Source: Mobula hypostoma (taxonomy: Eukaryota). Taken from it: 64,000 nt of DNA. Below are positions 25,986-38,785 of the stretch, in pieces (within the stretch, counting starts at the first letter, position 1; each line of letters begins with the position of its first letter). The stretch covers positions 5,208,001 through 5,272,000 of the forward strand of contig NC_086097.1 of the NCBI RefSeq assembly GCF_963921235.1. Direction: 5' to 3'. The notes under the pieces were generated by a model. It was not told where the DNA came from. It searched no databases and worked only from the letters and a program-made list of their open reading frames with translations. A program made the translations under genes and the position numbers.

Positions 25986-26359
25986 AATTGACGACGAGGT
26001 TAATGAACCTACATCGTATCGGAACGCCGTGTTTTAATTGGTAACAACACTCGGAGGAAGAGCGCAAGGAACGAGCCAAGGAGCGGGAGAAGGAGGCAGA
26101 GTGAGGCCGCGAGTCCGAAAGGAAGTGGGAGCACAGCCAGTGTCGGGAACGTCGGGAGACCAAGAGACACAATCTGAGCCACAGCACATCCAGCCGAGAC
26201 CACAGCCTGCGCTGACCCTCAGGGACTGAGGGTCTGCCTGCCCCAGAGGGGAGATAAAAAGGAGTGACACATGCATCTAGACGGAGTGGCGCTAGCAAAA
26301 AGGACATGTGAGTCAAAAAGAAAACTAGGGGAGAACGGGGCTTAATTAACATAACAAAG

Positions 26360-27550
26360 ATGGCCATGATCGGAACCATTACAGCATTTGATAGTGGCAT
26401 TGAAGACTGGGCAACTTACATTGAGAGAGTGGAGTTATAGTGTGAGGCTAGCGGTGTTAATGATGAAAAGAAAGCCAGCGTCTTACTCAGTATTATGGGA
26501 GCAAAAACATACAAGCTGCTACGGAGCTTGTTAACCCCTGAAAAGCCAGCTGACAAAACATTCAAGCAAATAGTAGACACTCTCCAACAGCATTTAAACC
26601 TCAAACCACTGGTCATTGCTGAAAGATTTAAATTTCACAATCGGAATCAAAGCAAACATGAAAGCATTTTTGGATATTGTGCTGAATTGTGCAAATTATC
26701 AGAACATTGTCAATTTGGAGCTGGTCTATCGCACGCATTGAGGGACAGGTTAGTGTGTGGCATGCACTGTGAAACCACACAGAAGAGGCTCCTGGGTGAA
26801 AAAGACCTTACATTAGAGAAGACGCTGAACATTGCAATATCAATGGAAAGAGCAGCACGGGGTGCTTCAGAGATTCAACAAAAATCTCTGGAATATGCTA
26901 TGTATAAAATGTCACTGAACAGAAATGAAGGGAAGAAATGTTACTGTTGTGAGAACAGGTCACATCACCCTGGTGACTGTTGGTTTAAAGACAAAGAATG
27001 CAGAAACTGTGGCAAACAGGGCCACACTGGCAGAGTATGCAAAGCTAGTAAACAGCAGAAAAAGGACAAAATACAGAGAAACAAGAAACCCCAGAAAGGA
27101 AAACACAACAATGTACACAAAATGGGCGAAAGCAGTTCTGATGAAAACGACTCAGATGAAAGTAAATTGTCTTGTCTGCAACTTCACAGCGTGAAAGAGA
27201 CAGATGATCAAAGAGTAATAAGGATCACTCCATAAGTGGCAGGTGTGAGACTTAAAATGGAGTTGGATACAGGCTCAGCTTTAACAGTGATCTCTGTACA
27301 TGACTACAAATGACTGTTTTCTCACATACCTCTGAAACGAACTAAACTACTGCTAAAGACTTACACAAGACAGAAAGTGCATCCCAAATGTGAAATTAAA
27401 GTGACAGTGAACTATGGAGTCAAAACACAGCAACTGAACCTCTATGTACTGAAAAATGGAGGACCACCATTGCTGGGACGTGAATGGCTCAGGAAAATCC
27501 AGTTGGATTGGCACACCATCAAGGCACTAGATGTGTTAACAAAGGAGGGC
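26360..27550 (+). pseudogene. Gypsy gag plus aspartic protease (single frame, 3 in-frame stops)
   Basis: MAMIGTITAFD..EDWATYIER, PLVIAERFKFH, LRDRLVCG, two CCHC knuckles (CYCCENRSHHPGDC, CRNCGKQGHTGRVC), protease MELDTGS and LLGREWL. Stops at 26438, 27233 and about 27311. Confidence 0.9.
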
Positions 27551-27565
27551 AGCTCGGTGGGGAAG

Positions 27566-28499
27566 ATGTCCACAGCTCTTCTCTCACCCATGGTCGACTA
27601 TTACAACGATGAGGAGGAGCTAGACAGCGTCGATGATGAGGATGAACGCAGTATCCGTGGCTGCGACTCGGATGAAGATACAGAGGATGCAAGGGAGACA
27701 GATATTGCCAATAAGCAGGATGATGAAGACTACCTGGAAGTAAAAGAACAGATGTACCGGAAAAATTGACATCTCCCAAAAGACAGCTACAGCAGTTACA
27801 GGAAGGCACTTTGCAGGAGTATCAGAAAAGGATGAAGGATCTAGATCAACAATACAAGGAAAGAATACAAAACGCAGAGCTTTTTTCTGCAACTGGAGAC
27901 AGAACAAGTGGAAAGGAATTATATTAAAGAGAAGAAAGCAGCAGTGAAGGAATTTGAAGATAAAAAGATTGAGTTAGAAGGGAAAAAAGAGGATTGAGAA
28001 TGAGAGGCTAACAATGGAACTCACAGGACACTCTATGGAGGTAAAGTTAATAATGACTAGGAAACTAAGGAGGAGACCTAATGACCCTGTTCCAATTACA
28101 GACAAAAGACGAAAACCTGCACCTGCGCAGTTAAATTACTTGTTAACAGATGAACAGATAATAGAAGATCTGAGAACTCTCAATAAGCTTAAATCTCCAA
28201 AAATACCAGCATCTCTGTCTTCTCCTGAGCATCTTCCCAGCACTCCTGCTGAATCACCAGCACAAAGATATGAAGCATGAATAGAAGATGGTAAGTTATA
28301 TTACGATTAGAGATGGTATCATAAAGGTCAGGCTATCTATTTGGAATCTAATGAGAATACAAAGATTGACTGTGTAATTAGCTCAGTTGGAACAAATGAG
28401 ATATGGGTAAGGAAGACAAGTGATAGCACAAAGATGCGTGTATATCTAGGACAGCTGCACAGAGGAGTCTTCATTATACGGAGGCGATCTGCTGCATAG
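27566..28499 (+). pseudogene. SUDS3: Intronless retrocopy of Sin3 histone deacetylase corepressor complex component SDS3
   Basis: Recognisable from start to stop: [132 protein letters not shown]. Frameshifts near 27758, 27885 and 27990, a deletion of about 24 nt, and stops at 28278 and 28308. Confidence 0.95.
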
Positions 28500-29033
28500 A
28501 ACTCTTAGCAAGTTGGAGGTGCACATCTTCTTAACTCCCTATGCTCAGAGGTCAACTTTTCATGACTTTTATGTGGAAATCTGTATTAAAACAAACAAGT
28601 TTATTGAGAGACTGAAGAACACACTATTTGAAGACACTTTCCAATGCCATCTCAGTTTTGACGATTGTACATATTTTTAAGAATAACATTCTCCTTTTCA
28701 CGGATTTCACTTTGCTTTCGTCATCTTTGTAAGATGGAGGTGACTACTCTTTATGGCTGGAACCTGCCAATTTGTGGATTGTTTAATTTATTCCAGACAA
28801 CAGACTGAAGACCTATTTGCTTCATGCCAGACAATCTAGAGAAGACCCATCCCCCCAGAGACTTGAGTTATAAATTCACCAAAAGTGAAAAAAGGGCTTG
28901 TTATAATTTGATATTATTAAGTTACTAAGTAAACAAATGGTAGGTGTTTGTACGTTAAGGGTAAACATATTTGTTTTGCATAATGCCCCAGTAAAAAAAC
29001 AGTTGATACACTATTAAAATAAAAGGGGAGGAG

Positions 29034-29231
29034 TGTACCGTATAGCCTACAGTATAATAAGGGACTACTTTATGTTTTAGTAACACGTCGTTGCTTGCGC
29101 TACTAGGCACGTATTGATCTGTACGTGTGTGCCGAGTTCGGATTCAGTGAGTAAAGAACCATGAAACTTAGCTCCCGTCTCCAGCATTTTTATTAATAGC
29201 ATTGTTGTGTAGCCAGGCCACATACACAACA
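29034..29231 (+). repeat. 3' LTR (198 bp)
   Basis: Begins TGT right after the PPT, ends ACA, followed by the GGTTC TSD. Confidence 0.93.
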
Positions 29232-30164
29232 GGTTCTATGGTGTTTCTCTGTTTTGTGGCTGCCCGTGGGAGGACAAATCTCAGAGTTGTATTCTGTATG
29301 CATACTTTGATTATAAATGTACTTTGAATCTTTGATCATTTTAACTTCCAAGTTCTGAGGAACAGATTGTAACAGATGCCACAATTGTAAAAGATTATGT
29401 GGTTGAGAATGTGGCCATACTGGGGTAATCAAACACAGTGAGACATAATGCATAAATAATAGAGCTGTGAGAATTAACTTTGTGAATATGAATATGATTA
29501 AATACATGTCTTATGAATAACTTAATGCATTTACACATCCACCATACGACATTTATGAGCTCTAGTGCTTCCTCCTGATTTCTGAACAGAACAGTAGTTG
29601 GGATAGTGATATGGATTAGAAACCAGGAAAATAACAATCAGTTTTTATTTTATTTAGAGATACAGCGTGGAACAGTCCCTTCCAGCCCAACGAGCGGCAC
29701 CACAGCGCAATTTAATCCTAGCCTAATCCCAGGACAATTACAATGGCCAATTAACCTACTGACCAGTAAGTCTTTGGAATGTGGGAGGAAAGCGGAGCTC
29801 CTGGAGGAAATCCATGTGGTAACGCGGAGAACGTACAAATTCCTTACAGAGAGTGCCAGAATTGAACTCTGAACTCCGACACCCAGAGCTGTAATAACAT
29901 TGTGCTAACCGCTCCTCTACTGTGGCAGTTTGCAACGGTCCACTTCAAGATTAAGAACTGTGACAGGCAAGGGTGAAAGGAAAACCTGGAAATCTCTTGG
30001 CTACGGCTAACAGAGGAGAGAGAGAGTATAAATCCAGTGTGAGATCAAAGGAAAAAGTGTGATTTCAATGGGAGTTACCTTAAGATAAACCTGTTGATTA
30101 TAAAACCGCTGTGGACAATTGATGAGAACCAGTTACTGCCCATGGTGCTGGAGGTTTTCTGTAG

Positions 30165-30990
30165 AGTCAGAGAGTCATAGAGAAGTACTGCACAGAAACA
30201 AACCCTTTGGCCCATCTAGTCCATGCTGAAACCTTTTAAACTGCCTACTCCCATTGACTAGGACTGGGACCAGGGTCCTCCATACCCCTACCAAGCACGT
30301 TCCTATCCAAACTTCCATTAAACATTGAAATCAAACTCGCATGTACCACTCCTGCTGGCAGCCCATTCCACACTCTCATGACCTTCTGAGTGAAGAAGTT
30401 TCCTCTCATGTTCCCCTTCAACTTTTCAGCTTTCACCCTCAACCCATGACATCTGATTGTCGTCTCACCCGACCTCAATGGAAAAAGCCTGTTTGCGTGA
30501 AGCCTATCTAGACCTCTCAAAATTTGGAAGCCACTATCAAATCTCCTCTCAATCTTCTATGTTTTAAGGAACACAGTCATAACCTATTCAATCTTTCCTT
30601 ATAACTCAGGACATTCAGACCCGGCAACATCCTTGTAAGTTTTCTCTGCACTCTTTTAAACTTGTTACATCTTTCGTGTAGGTAGGTGACCAAAACTGCA
30701 CACAGTACTCCAAATTAGGTCGCACCAGCGTCTTATAGAACTTCAGCATTACGTGCCATCTTCTGCACTTAATACATTGATTTGTGAAGGCCGTTGTGCG
30801 AAAAGCTTTCTTTACGACCTTATCTCCCTGTGATGCCACTTTCAATGAATTACGGACATTTATTCTCAGATCTCTTTGTTCTACCACACCATTGCTTGTG
30901 TAAGTCCTATGAAAATGCAAAGCCTCGCACTTGCCTGAACTTAATTCCATCTGCCATTTTTCTAGCTGATGCCGATCCCTCTTCATAGTT
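30165..30990 (-). mobile_element. CR1 fragment (degraded)
   Basis: LVRPNLEYCVQFWSP and NFFTQKVMRVWN in broken ORFs. Confidence 0.85.
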
Positions 30991-30994
30991 AGAT

Positions 30995-31850
30995 AGACGT
31001 AGATAGTTTAGGGGAACGGACAAAGAAGTGGCAAATGAAATACAATGTTGGAAAGTTTATGGTCATGCACGTTGGTGGAAGAAATAAACGGGCAGACTAT
31101 TATTTAGATTGGGAGAGAATTCAAAATGCAGAGATGCAAAGGGACTTGGGAGTCCTTGTGCAAGATACCCTCAAGGTTAACCTTCAGGCTGAGTCGGGTG
31201 TGAAGAAGGCAGATGCAATGTTGGCATTCATTTCTAGAGGTACAGAATATAAGAACAGGGATGTGATGATGAGACTCTATAAGGCACTCGTGAGACCACA
31301 CTGGGAGTACTGTGTGCAGTTTTGGGCTCTTTATGTTTAGAAAGGATATACTGACATTGGAGAGGGTTCAGAGAAGATTCACAAGAATGATTCCAGGAAT
31401 GAAAGTGTTACCGTATGAGTAATGTCTGTCAGCTCTTGGGCTGTATTCCCTGTTGTTCTGGAGAATGAGGAGGGATCGCATAGAAACAGTCTGAATATTA
31501 AAAAGCCTGAACAGATTAGATATGGTAAAGTTATTTCCATGGTAGGGGATTCTAGGACAAGAGGGCAGGACTTTAGGATTGAAGGACGTCCATTTAGAAC
31601 TGAGATGCAGAAAAATTACTTTAGTCAGAGGGTAGTAAATCTGTGGAATTTGTTGCCACGAGCGGCTGTGGAGATCAAGTCATTGAGTGTATTTAAGGCA
31701 GAGATAGGTAGGTTCACGATTAGCCAGGGCATCAAAGGGTATGGGGTGAAGGCAGAGGAGTTGGATGACTGAAAGAATTGGATCAGCCCATGACTGAATG
31801 ACTCAATAGCCCAAATGGCCTACTTCTGCTCCTTTATCTTATGGTCTTAA
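30995..31850 (+). mobile_element. CR1 fragment (degraded)
   Basis: QRDLGVLVQ..LVRPHWEYC..GRPFRTE; tail TCTTATGGTCTTA. Confidence 0.85.
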
Positions 31851-34800
31851 CAGGCAGGTAGGCAGAGGAAGTGGTGTGGTTTTGTTGGTGAAAATTGAAA
31901 TCAAGTCATTAGAAAGAAGTGACATAGGGTTGGAAGGTGTAGAATTGTTGTGGGTAGAACTAAGGAACTGCAAGGGTAAAAAGACCGTGATGTGACTTAT
32001 ATACAGACACCACCCCGCCCCCCGCCCAAATAGCAGTAAGGATGTGGTCTACAGATCACAATGGGAGATTGAAAATGCATGTCAAAAGGGCAATGTTACA
32101 ACAGTCATGGGGGATTTTAATATGCAAGTAGATTTGGACAATCAGGTTTGTGCCCAAGAGGGGAAGTTTCTAGAATGCCTATGAGATTTTTTTTTAAAGC
32201 AGCTCAAGATTGAGCCTATGAGGGGATCAGCTATTCTTGATTGGATGTTGTGCAATGAACCAGAATGAATTAAAGAGCTTAAGGTAAAGGAACACTTAGA
32301 GTTAAGTGAGCATAACATGATCAGATTCACCTTGAAATTTGAGAAGGAGAAGCTATAGTCAGATGCTTCAGTATTCATATAGAGCAAAAGGAATTATGGG
32401 GACATAAGAGAGGAGCTGGTTAAAGTTGTTGGCAGACCAGCAGTGGCTGGAATTTCTGGGAGCAATTTGGAAGAAACAGGATGTATACATCACAAAAAGG
32501 AAGAAGTATTCTTAAGGCAAGATGCCACAACTGTGGATTGCAAAAGAGGTCAAAGCCAACATAAAAGTCAAGGAGAGAATAATATAGAAAAAAATAGTGA
32601 GAAGTTAAAGGTTTGGGAAGCTTTTAACAACCAACAGAAGGCAACTAAAAAGTCAAAAAGCAGAAAAAGATGGAACAGGAAGTTAAGCTATTTAATTATA
32701 AAAATGAGGATAATAAAAGTTTCATCGGATATACAAAGTGAAAAGAGTGGCAAGAGTAGATATCAGACTGCTGAAAATTGATGCTGGAGAGCTAGTAATA
32801 GAACATAGAAACATAGAAACATAGAAAACCTACAGCGCAATACAAGCCCTTCGGCCCACAAAGTTGTGCTGAACATGTCCCAACCTTAGAAATTACTAGG
32901 CTTACCTATAGCCCTCTATTTTACTGAGCTCCATGTACCTATCTAAATGTCTCTTAAATGACTCTATCGTATCCACTTCCACCACCGTTGCCGGCAGCCC
33001 ATTCCACGTACTCACCACTCTCTGAGTAAAAAACTTACTCCTGACATCTCCTCTGTACCTACTCCCCAGCACCTTAAACCTGTGTCCTCTTGTGGCAGCC
33101 ATTTCAGCCCTGGGAAAAAGCTTCTGACTATCCACACGGTCAATACCTCTCATCTTATACACCTCTATCTGGTCACCTCTCATCCTCCGTCACTCCAAGG
33201 AGAAAAGGCCGAGTTCACTCAACCTATTCTCATAAGGCATGCTCCCCAATCCAGGCAACATCATTGCAAATCTCCTCTGCACCCTTTCTATGTTTTCCAC
33301 GTCCTTCCTGTAGTGAGGTGACCAGAACTGAGCACAGTACTCCAAGTGGGGTCTGACCAGGGTCCTATATAGCTGCAACATTACCTCTCGGCTCCAAAAT
33401 TCGATTCCACGATTGATGAAGGCCAATACACCGTATGTCTTCTTAACCACAGAGTCAACCTGCACAGTTGCTTTGAGCGTCGTATGGACTCAGACCCCAA
33501 GATCCCTCTGATGCTCCACACTGCCAAGAGTTTTACTATTAATACTATATTCTGCCATCATATTTGACCTACCAAAATGAACCACCTCACACTTATCTGG
33601 GTTGAACTCCATCTGCCACTTCTCAGCCCAGTTTATCAATGTCCCGCTGTAACCTCTGACTGCCCACCACACTATCCACAACACCTCCAACCTTTGTGTC
33701 ATCAGCAAACTTACCATCCCATATCTCCACTTCCTCATACAGGTCATTTATAATAATCACAAAGAGTAAGGGTCCCAGAACAAATCCCTGAGGCACACCA
33801 CTGATCACTGGCCTCCATGCAGAATATGACCCATCTACAACCACTCTTTGCCTTCTGTAGGCAAGCCAGTTCTAGATCCACAAAGCAATGTCCCCTTGGA
33901 TCCCATGCCCCTTTACTTTCTCAATAAGCCTTGCATGGGGTACCTTATCAAATGACTTGCTGAAATCCATATACACTCCATCTACTGCTCTTCGTTCGTC
34001 AATGTGTTTAGTCACATCCTCAAAAAATTCAATCAGGCTCATAAGGCACGACCTGCCCTTGACAAAGCCATGCTGACTACTCTTAATCATGTTATACCTC
34101 TCCAAATGTTCATAAATCCTGCCTCTCAGGATCTTCTCCATCAACTTACCAACCACTGAGGTAAGACTCACTGGTCTATAATTTCCTGGGCTATCTCTAC
34201 TCCCTTTCTTGAATAAAGGAATAACATTCGCAACCCTCCAATCCTCTGGAACCTCTCCCGTCCCCATTGATGATGCAAAGATCATCGCCAGAGGCTCAGC
34301 AATCTCTTCACTTGCTTCCCATAGTATCCTGGGGTACATCTCATCCGGTCCCGGCGACTTATCCAACTTGATGCTTTCCAAAAGCTCCAGCACATCCTCT
34401 TTCTTAATATCTAATTGGGGAGAAGGAAATTGCAGACAAACTGAATAAGTATTTTTGTATCAGCATTCACTGTGGAAGAAACTGGCAGTATGCCAGAAAT
34501 TCGAGAGTGTCAGGGGGTGTAAGGTTCTGGGGAAGTTGAAAGATTTGAAGGTAGATAGGTCACCCAGATGAGATGGCATATATCCTAGGATCTGAAAGTG
34601 GTGGGCGACGAGATTGTGGAGGCAATATTAATGATCTTTCAAGAATCAATTGATTCTTGCTTGATTCCAGAAGAATGGAAAATTGCAAATGTCATGACAC
34701 TCTTCAAGAAGAGAGGGAGGTAGACGAAAGGAAATTCTAGACCAGTTAGTCTGACTTCAGTGGTTAGAAAGAACTTGGAGTTGATTGTTAAGGATGTGGT

Positions 34801-35890
34801 TGTGGGGTACTTGGAGTCACATGATAAAAAAGGCTGTAGCCGGTATGGTTTCCTTTAGGGAAAATCTTGCCTCACGAGTCTGTTGGAATTCTTTGAAGAA
34901 ATAAGAAGTAGGATAGACAAAGGAGGATCGATTCATGCTGTGTACTTGGATTTTCAGAAGGCATTTGACAAGGCACTACATATGAGGCTGCTTAACAAGT
35001 TAAGGGCCCACGTTATTACAGGAAAGATTCAACATGGATAAAGCTGTAGCTGATTGGCAGGACGCAAAGAGTGGGAATAAAGGTAACCTTTTCTGGTTGG
35101 CTGCCCGTGACTAGTGGTGTTCCACGGTGGTCTGTGTTCAGACCGCTTCTTTTTACAATATACGTCAATAATTTGGATTACAGGGTTGATGACTTTGTGG
35201 CCAAATTTGCAGACAGTATGGAGGTGGGTGGAGGGGCAGGCAGTTTTGAGGAAATAGAGAAGCTATAGAAAGATTTAGACAGATTAGGAGAATACATAAA
35301 AAGTAACAGGTGGAATACAGTGCTAGGAAGTGTATGGTCATTCACTTTGGGAGAAACAATGAAAGGGTAGACTATTTTCTAAATGGAGAGAAAATTCAAA
35401 GATCTAAGGCACAAAGGTTAATCTGCAGCTTGAATCAGTGGTGAAGAAGGCAAATGCGATATAAGCATTCATTTTAAGAAGACTAGAATATGAAAGCAAG
35501 GATGTAATGTTGAGACTTTATAAAGCACTGGCAAGAACTCATTTGGAGTATAGTGAGCAGTTCTGGGCTCTTTATCCCTAGGAAGGATGTGGCAAAACTG
35601 GAGAGGGTTCAAAGGAAGCTCTCGAAAATAATTCCAGGATTGAAAGGCTTGTCATATGATCAGTCTATGATACTGGAATTTACAAGAATGAGAGGAGAAC
35701 TCATTGAAACCTATCGAAAGTTGAAAGGCCTTGATAGAGTTGATATGGAGAGGATATGGGGGCATGAAGGGATACGGGGAGAAGGCAGGAGACTGGGACT
35801 GAGAGGAAAATTGCATCAGCCACGGTGAAATGGCAGAGCAGACTCGATGGACCAAATGGCCACATTCTGCTCCTGTATCTTATGGTCTCA
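31850..35890 (+). mobile_element. Old CR1 (endonuclease through 3' tail), interrupted by a younger CR1
   Basis: APE motifs (VMGDFN, ILD, SEHN.I) at about 32100-32330; RT remnants at 34410-35750; tail CTTATGGTCT near 35885. Confidence 0.8.
32800..34411 (-). mobile_element. CR1, 5'-truncated, nested
   Basis: KSPGPD, NYRPVSLTS, QHGFVKGRSC, FADDTK, LVRPHLEYC; (CATAGAAA)n tail at 32800-32827; TAAT at both junctions. Confidence 0.9.
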
Positions 35891-36509
35891 TGGAACAGGA
35901 ATGATTATCAGTATGGAGCAATATGTAGGGGAGTCGGTTAAGGCTCTTAGCTGATAGATTGAGACAGATGGATAGGGGATGATGGGTATCTGGAACCAGG
36001 TGGGGTAAAGGAGTCGACCAGCCAGTAGCTGGTAGGTGATAGGTGCAACTAAATGATGGAAAAATGGAATGATGTAGCGGGGGGTACTTCGCTTTAAGAG
36101 AGACAAACAAAAGAAAACTTAGATGGTCTAGCAAACATAAAGATGAGCAAGTCTGCAGATGCTGTAAATCCAGAGCAAGATACACAAAATGCAGGAAGAA
36201 CTCAGCAGGTCAGGCAGCATCTATGGAAGTTAATAAACTCTCAATGTTTTTGGCTGGAAAGCATCTATTTAAGAAGAACACTGGGAGGGTGGGTTACCTA
36301 AAGTTTCAAAACTTGATACTCAGTTCATTGAACTAGAAGATAATCAAGAAGCTATCCAAGCAGATTATGGAATTTTGTTCTTCCAATTTGCATTTGACCT
36401 CTGCATAACAATGGAGAAAGCTGAGGATTGACACAGCGATGTGGGAAAGGATAAGGCAGTTAAAATAACATGCAACCAGAACTACAAGATGGCCATTTTG
36501 GACAACCTT

Positions 36510-37500
36510 GGTCAGTAAGGATCAGTAGCAACATCTCCGCTATGTTCAATTTCAACGCCTTTCTCAAAAAAGTTTGCCCTCAGCACCCTACTTTACTCAC
36601 TGTGCACTCATGATCATGTGACCAGATTCTGCTCTACCTCTATCTGCACGTTTCAGTGTGATTTTACCGTACGGGGCCATATCTTAAATTACAATGAGAT
36701 GAAGTACAGGAAGGAGATAGAAAGCTCAGTAACATGGTGTCATGATAACAACCTCTCTTTCAATGTCAGCAAAACAAAAGAGCTGGCTGTTGACTTCGGG
36801 AAGAGGGGCATCGCACATGCTCCTGGCTTAATCAATGGTGCTGAAGTTGGGAGGGGTAAGCGTTTGAAGTTGCTCTGAATGAACATCATCAACAGCCTGT
36901 TCTGGTCCATTCACATTGACCTCATGGCTACAAAAGCACAGCAACACCTCGACTTCCTCAGGAGCCTAAAGGAATTCAGCAGGTCCACGTCCACCCTTAG
37001 CAATATTTATCAATGCACAATAGAAAGCCTTCTTCATCATAGCTTGGTACAGCAACTGCTCTGCCTGAAGTGTTGTTGAGGATCCCTACCACCCATCCCA
37101 CCACCTCTTTGACCCACTACAGTTAGAAATGAGGTCGAGGGGAATCAGGGCTAGGACTGGCAGACTGGGTAACAGCTTCTTCTCGTAGGCAGAAGCTACA
37201 GAAGCATTCAGCACTGGATAGGCAGACTGGGTAACTGCTGTGAGACTAATGAATACCCTGCTGCCACAGAGGTCTCATCTTTAGGACAGTGAGGTGATTA
37301 CTATTTATGTCTACTGTTTAGCTGTACTGCACACTACATGCACTTTGATTTATGATCTATTAACTTATTTGTGGTGATATTTTGTTTTATGTATGTGCTG
37401 TATGTGATGTTTGTTTTATGGGGGCACTGTGGTCCAGGGGAATGTTGTTTCATTTGGTTGTATACATGTACAGTCAGATGGTGATAGACTTGAACTTGAA
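36510..37500 (+). mobile_element. Degraded Rex1/L2-like LINE pieces
   Basis: WCHDNNLSFNVSKTKELAVDF and KAQQHLDFLRSL. Confidence 0.7.
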
Positions 37501-38121
37501 TGTGAGCAAAAGAAACTGTGGAGATCTGTGGACACAGCTCAGCACTTCACACAAATAAACCTCCCCTCTACGGGCTCTGTCTATACTTCTTCTGTTTTAG
37601 TAAAGCAGTCAACATAATTGACACCCCACCCACCCCAAACGTTCCGTCATCTCCCCTCTCCCACTGGGCCGAAGATATGATCCAATCTGAAAGCCCATGC
37701 AACCAGACTCAGGGATTGCTTCTGCCTCATGGTCCCCTAGTACAATAAGACTGCATAATCTACCTTGTTATGATCCTATTGTCTGCACTATACCTTCTCT
37801 GTGGATGTTACCCTTTATTCTACATTCTGTTATTGTTTTATCTTGTACTGCTGCAATGCACTGTGTAATTTGATCTGTATGAACAGTATACAGGACAACC
37901 ACAGTACTGTATCTCGGTATATGTAACGATAATAAACCAATTCCAATGCTAGTCCCAACGTGGGTAAGAGTAGAGACAAATAAAGATACTTGACTTTCTT
38001 ACTCAGCTGCTACTTTGCTTACACTGTGTCTGACTTTCAGCAGAGGGTCATACACAATGGCCAATGTGAATTAGAACAAACTGTTGAAATATATACAGGA
38101 TTAAGAGCAGAAAATGTTATT

Positions 38122-38785
38122 TTTAGATTATGAGGACACTCAGTCCTCGTTTATTGTCATTTAGAAATGCATGCATTAAGAAATAATACAATGTTCCTCC
38201 AGTATGATATCACAGAAACACAGGACAGACCAAGACTAAAACTGACAAAAACGACATAATTATAACATATAGTTACAACAGTGCAAAGAAATACCGTAAT
38301 TTGATAAAGAGCAGACCATGGGCTCGGTAAAAAAAATCTCAAAGTCCCGATAGCCCATCATCTCATGCAGACAGTAGAAGGGAGAAACTCTCCCTGCCAT
38401 GAACCTCCAGCGCTGTAAACTTGCCAATGCAGCACCCTGGAAGCACCCAACCACAGCCGACTCTGAGTCCGTCCGAAAACTTCGAGCCTCCGACCAGCCC
38501 TCCGACACCGAACACTGAGCACCACTGCCGAGTGCTTCGACCCCGCCCCGGCTGCCGACCAACAAGCAAAGCCGAGGACTCGGGGCCTTCCCCTCCGGAG
38601 ATTCTGGATCACACAGTAGCAGCAGCAGCGAAGCAGGCATTTCAGAAGTTTCACCGGATGTTCCTCCATGCTCACACGTCTGCCTCCATCAAATCAGGAT
38701 TGTGCACGGCACCTTACTTGACAGGTAACAGATATTCATCACCGGATTGGCCGCTGCGCGCTGCATCGAACCGCCATCTGCTCCT
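38122..38785 (-). mobile_element. CpG-rich non-autonomous retroelement (SINE or short LINE derivative) with L2/Rex-like tail
   Basis: Minus-strand end AATGACAATAAAC plus stem-loop GAGGACtgagtGTCCTC; the CpG-rich body contrasts with the flanks. Family not identified. Confidence 0.5.

Larger units (their letters stand above)
25676..29231 (+). mobile_element. Ty3/Gypsy LTR retrotransposon, non-autonomous, pol replaced by a captured SUDS3 cDNA
   Basis: Two TG..CA LTRs; 5-bp TSD GGTTC (25671-25675, 29232-29236); PBS-like AATTGACGACGAGG after the 5' LTR; PPT AAAAGGGGAGGAG (29021-29033); gag and protease present, RT/RNaseH/IN core absent. Confidence 0.95.

Noticed and set aside
27566..28499. SUDS3 as a functional host gene
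   Set aside because: Intronless, several frameshifts and stops, and embedded between LTRs.
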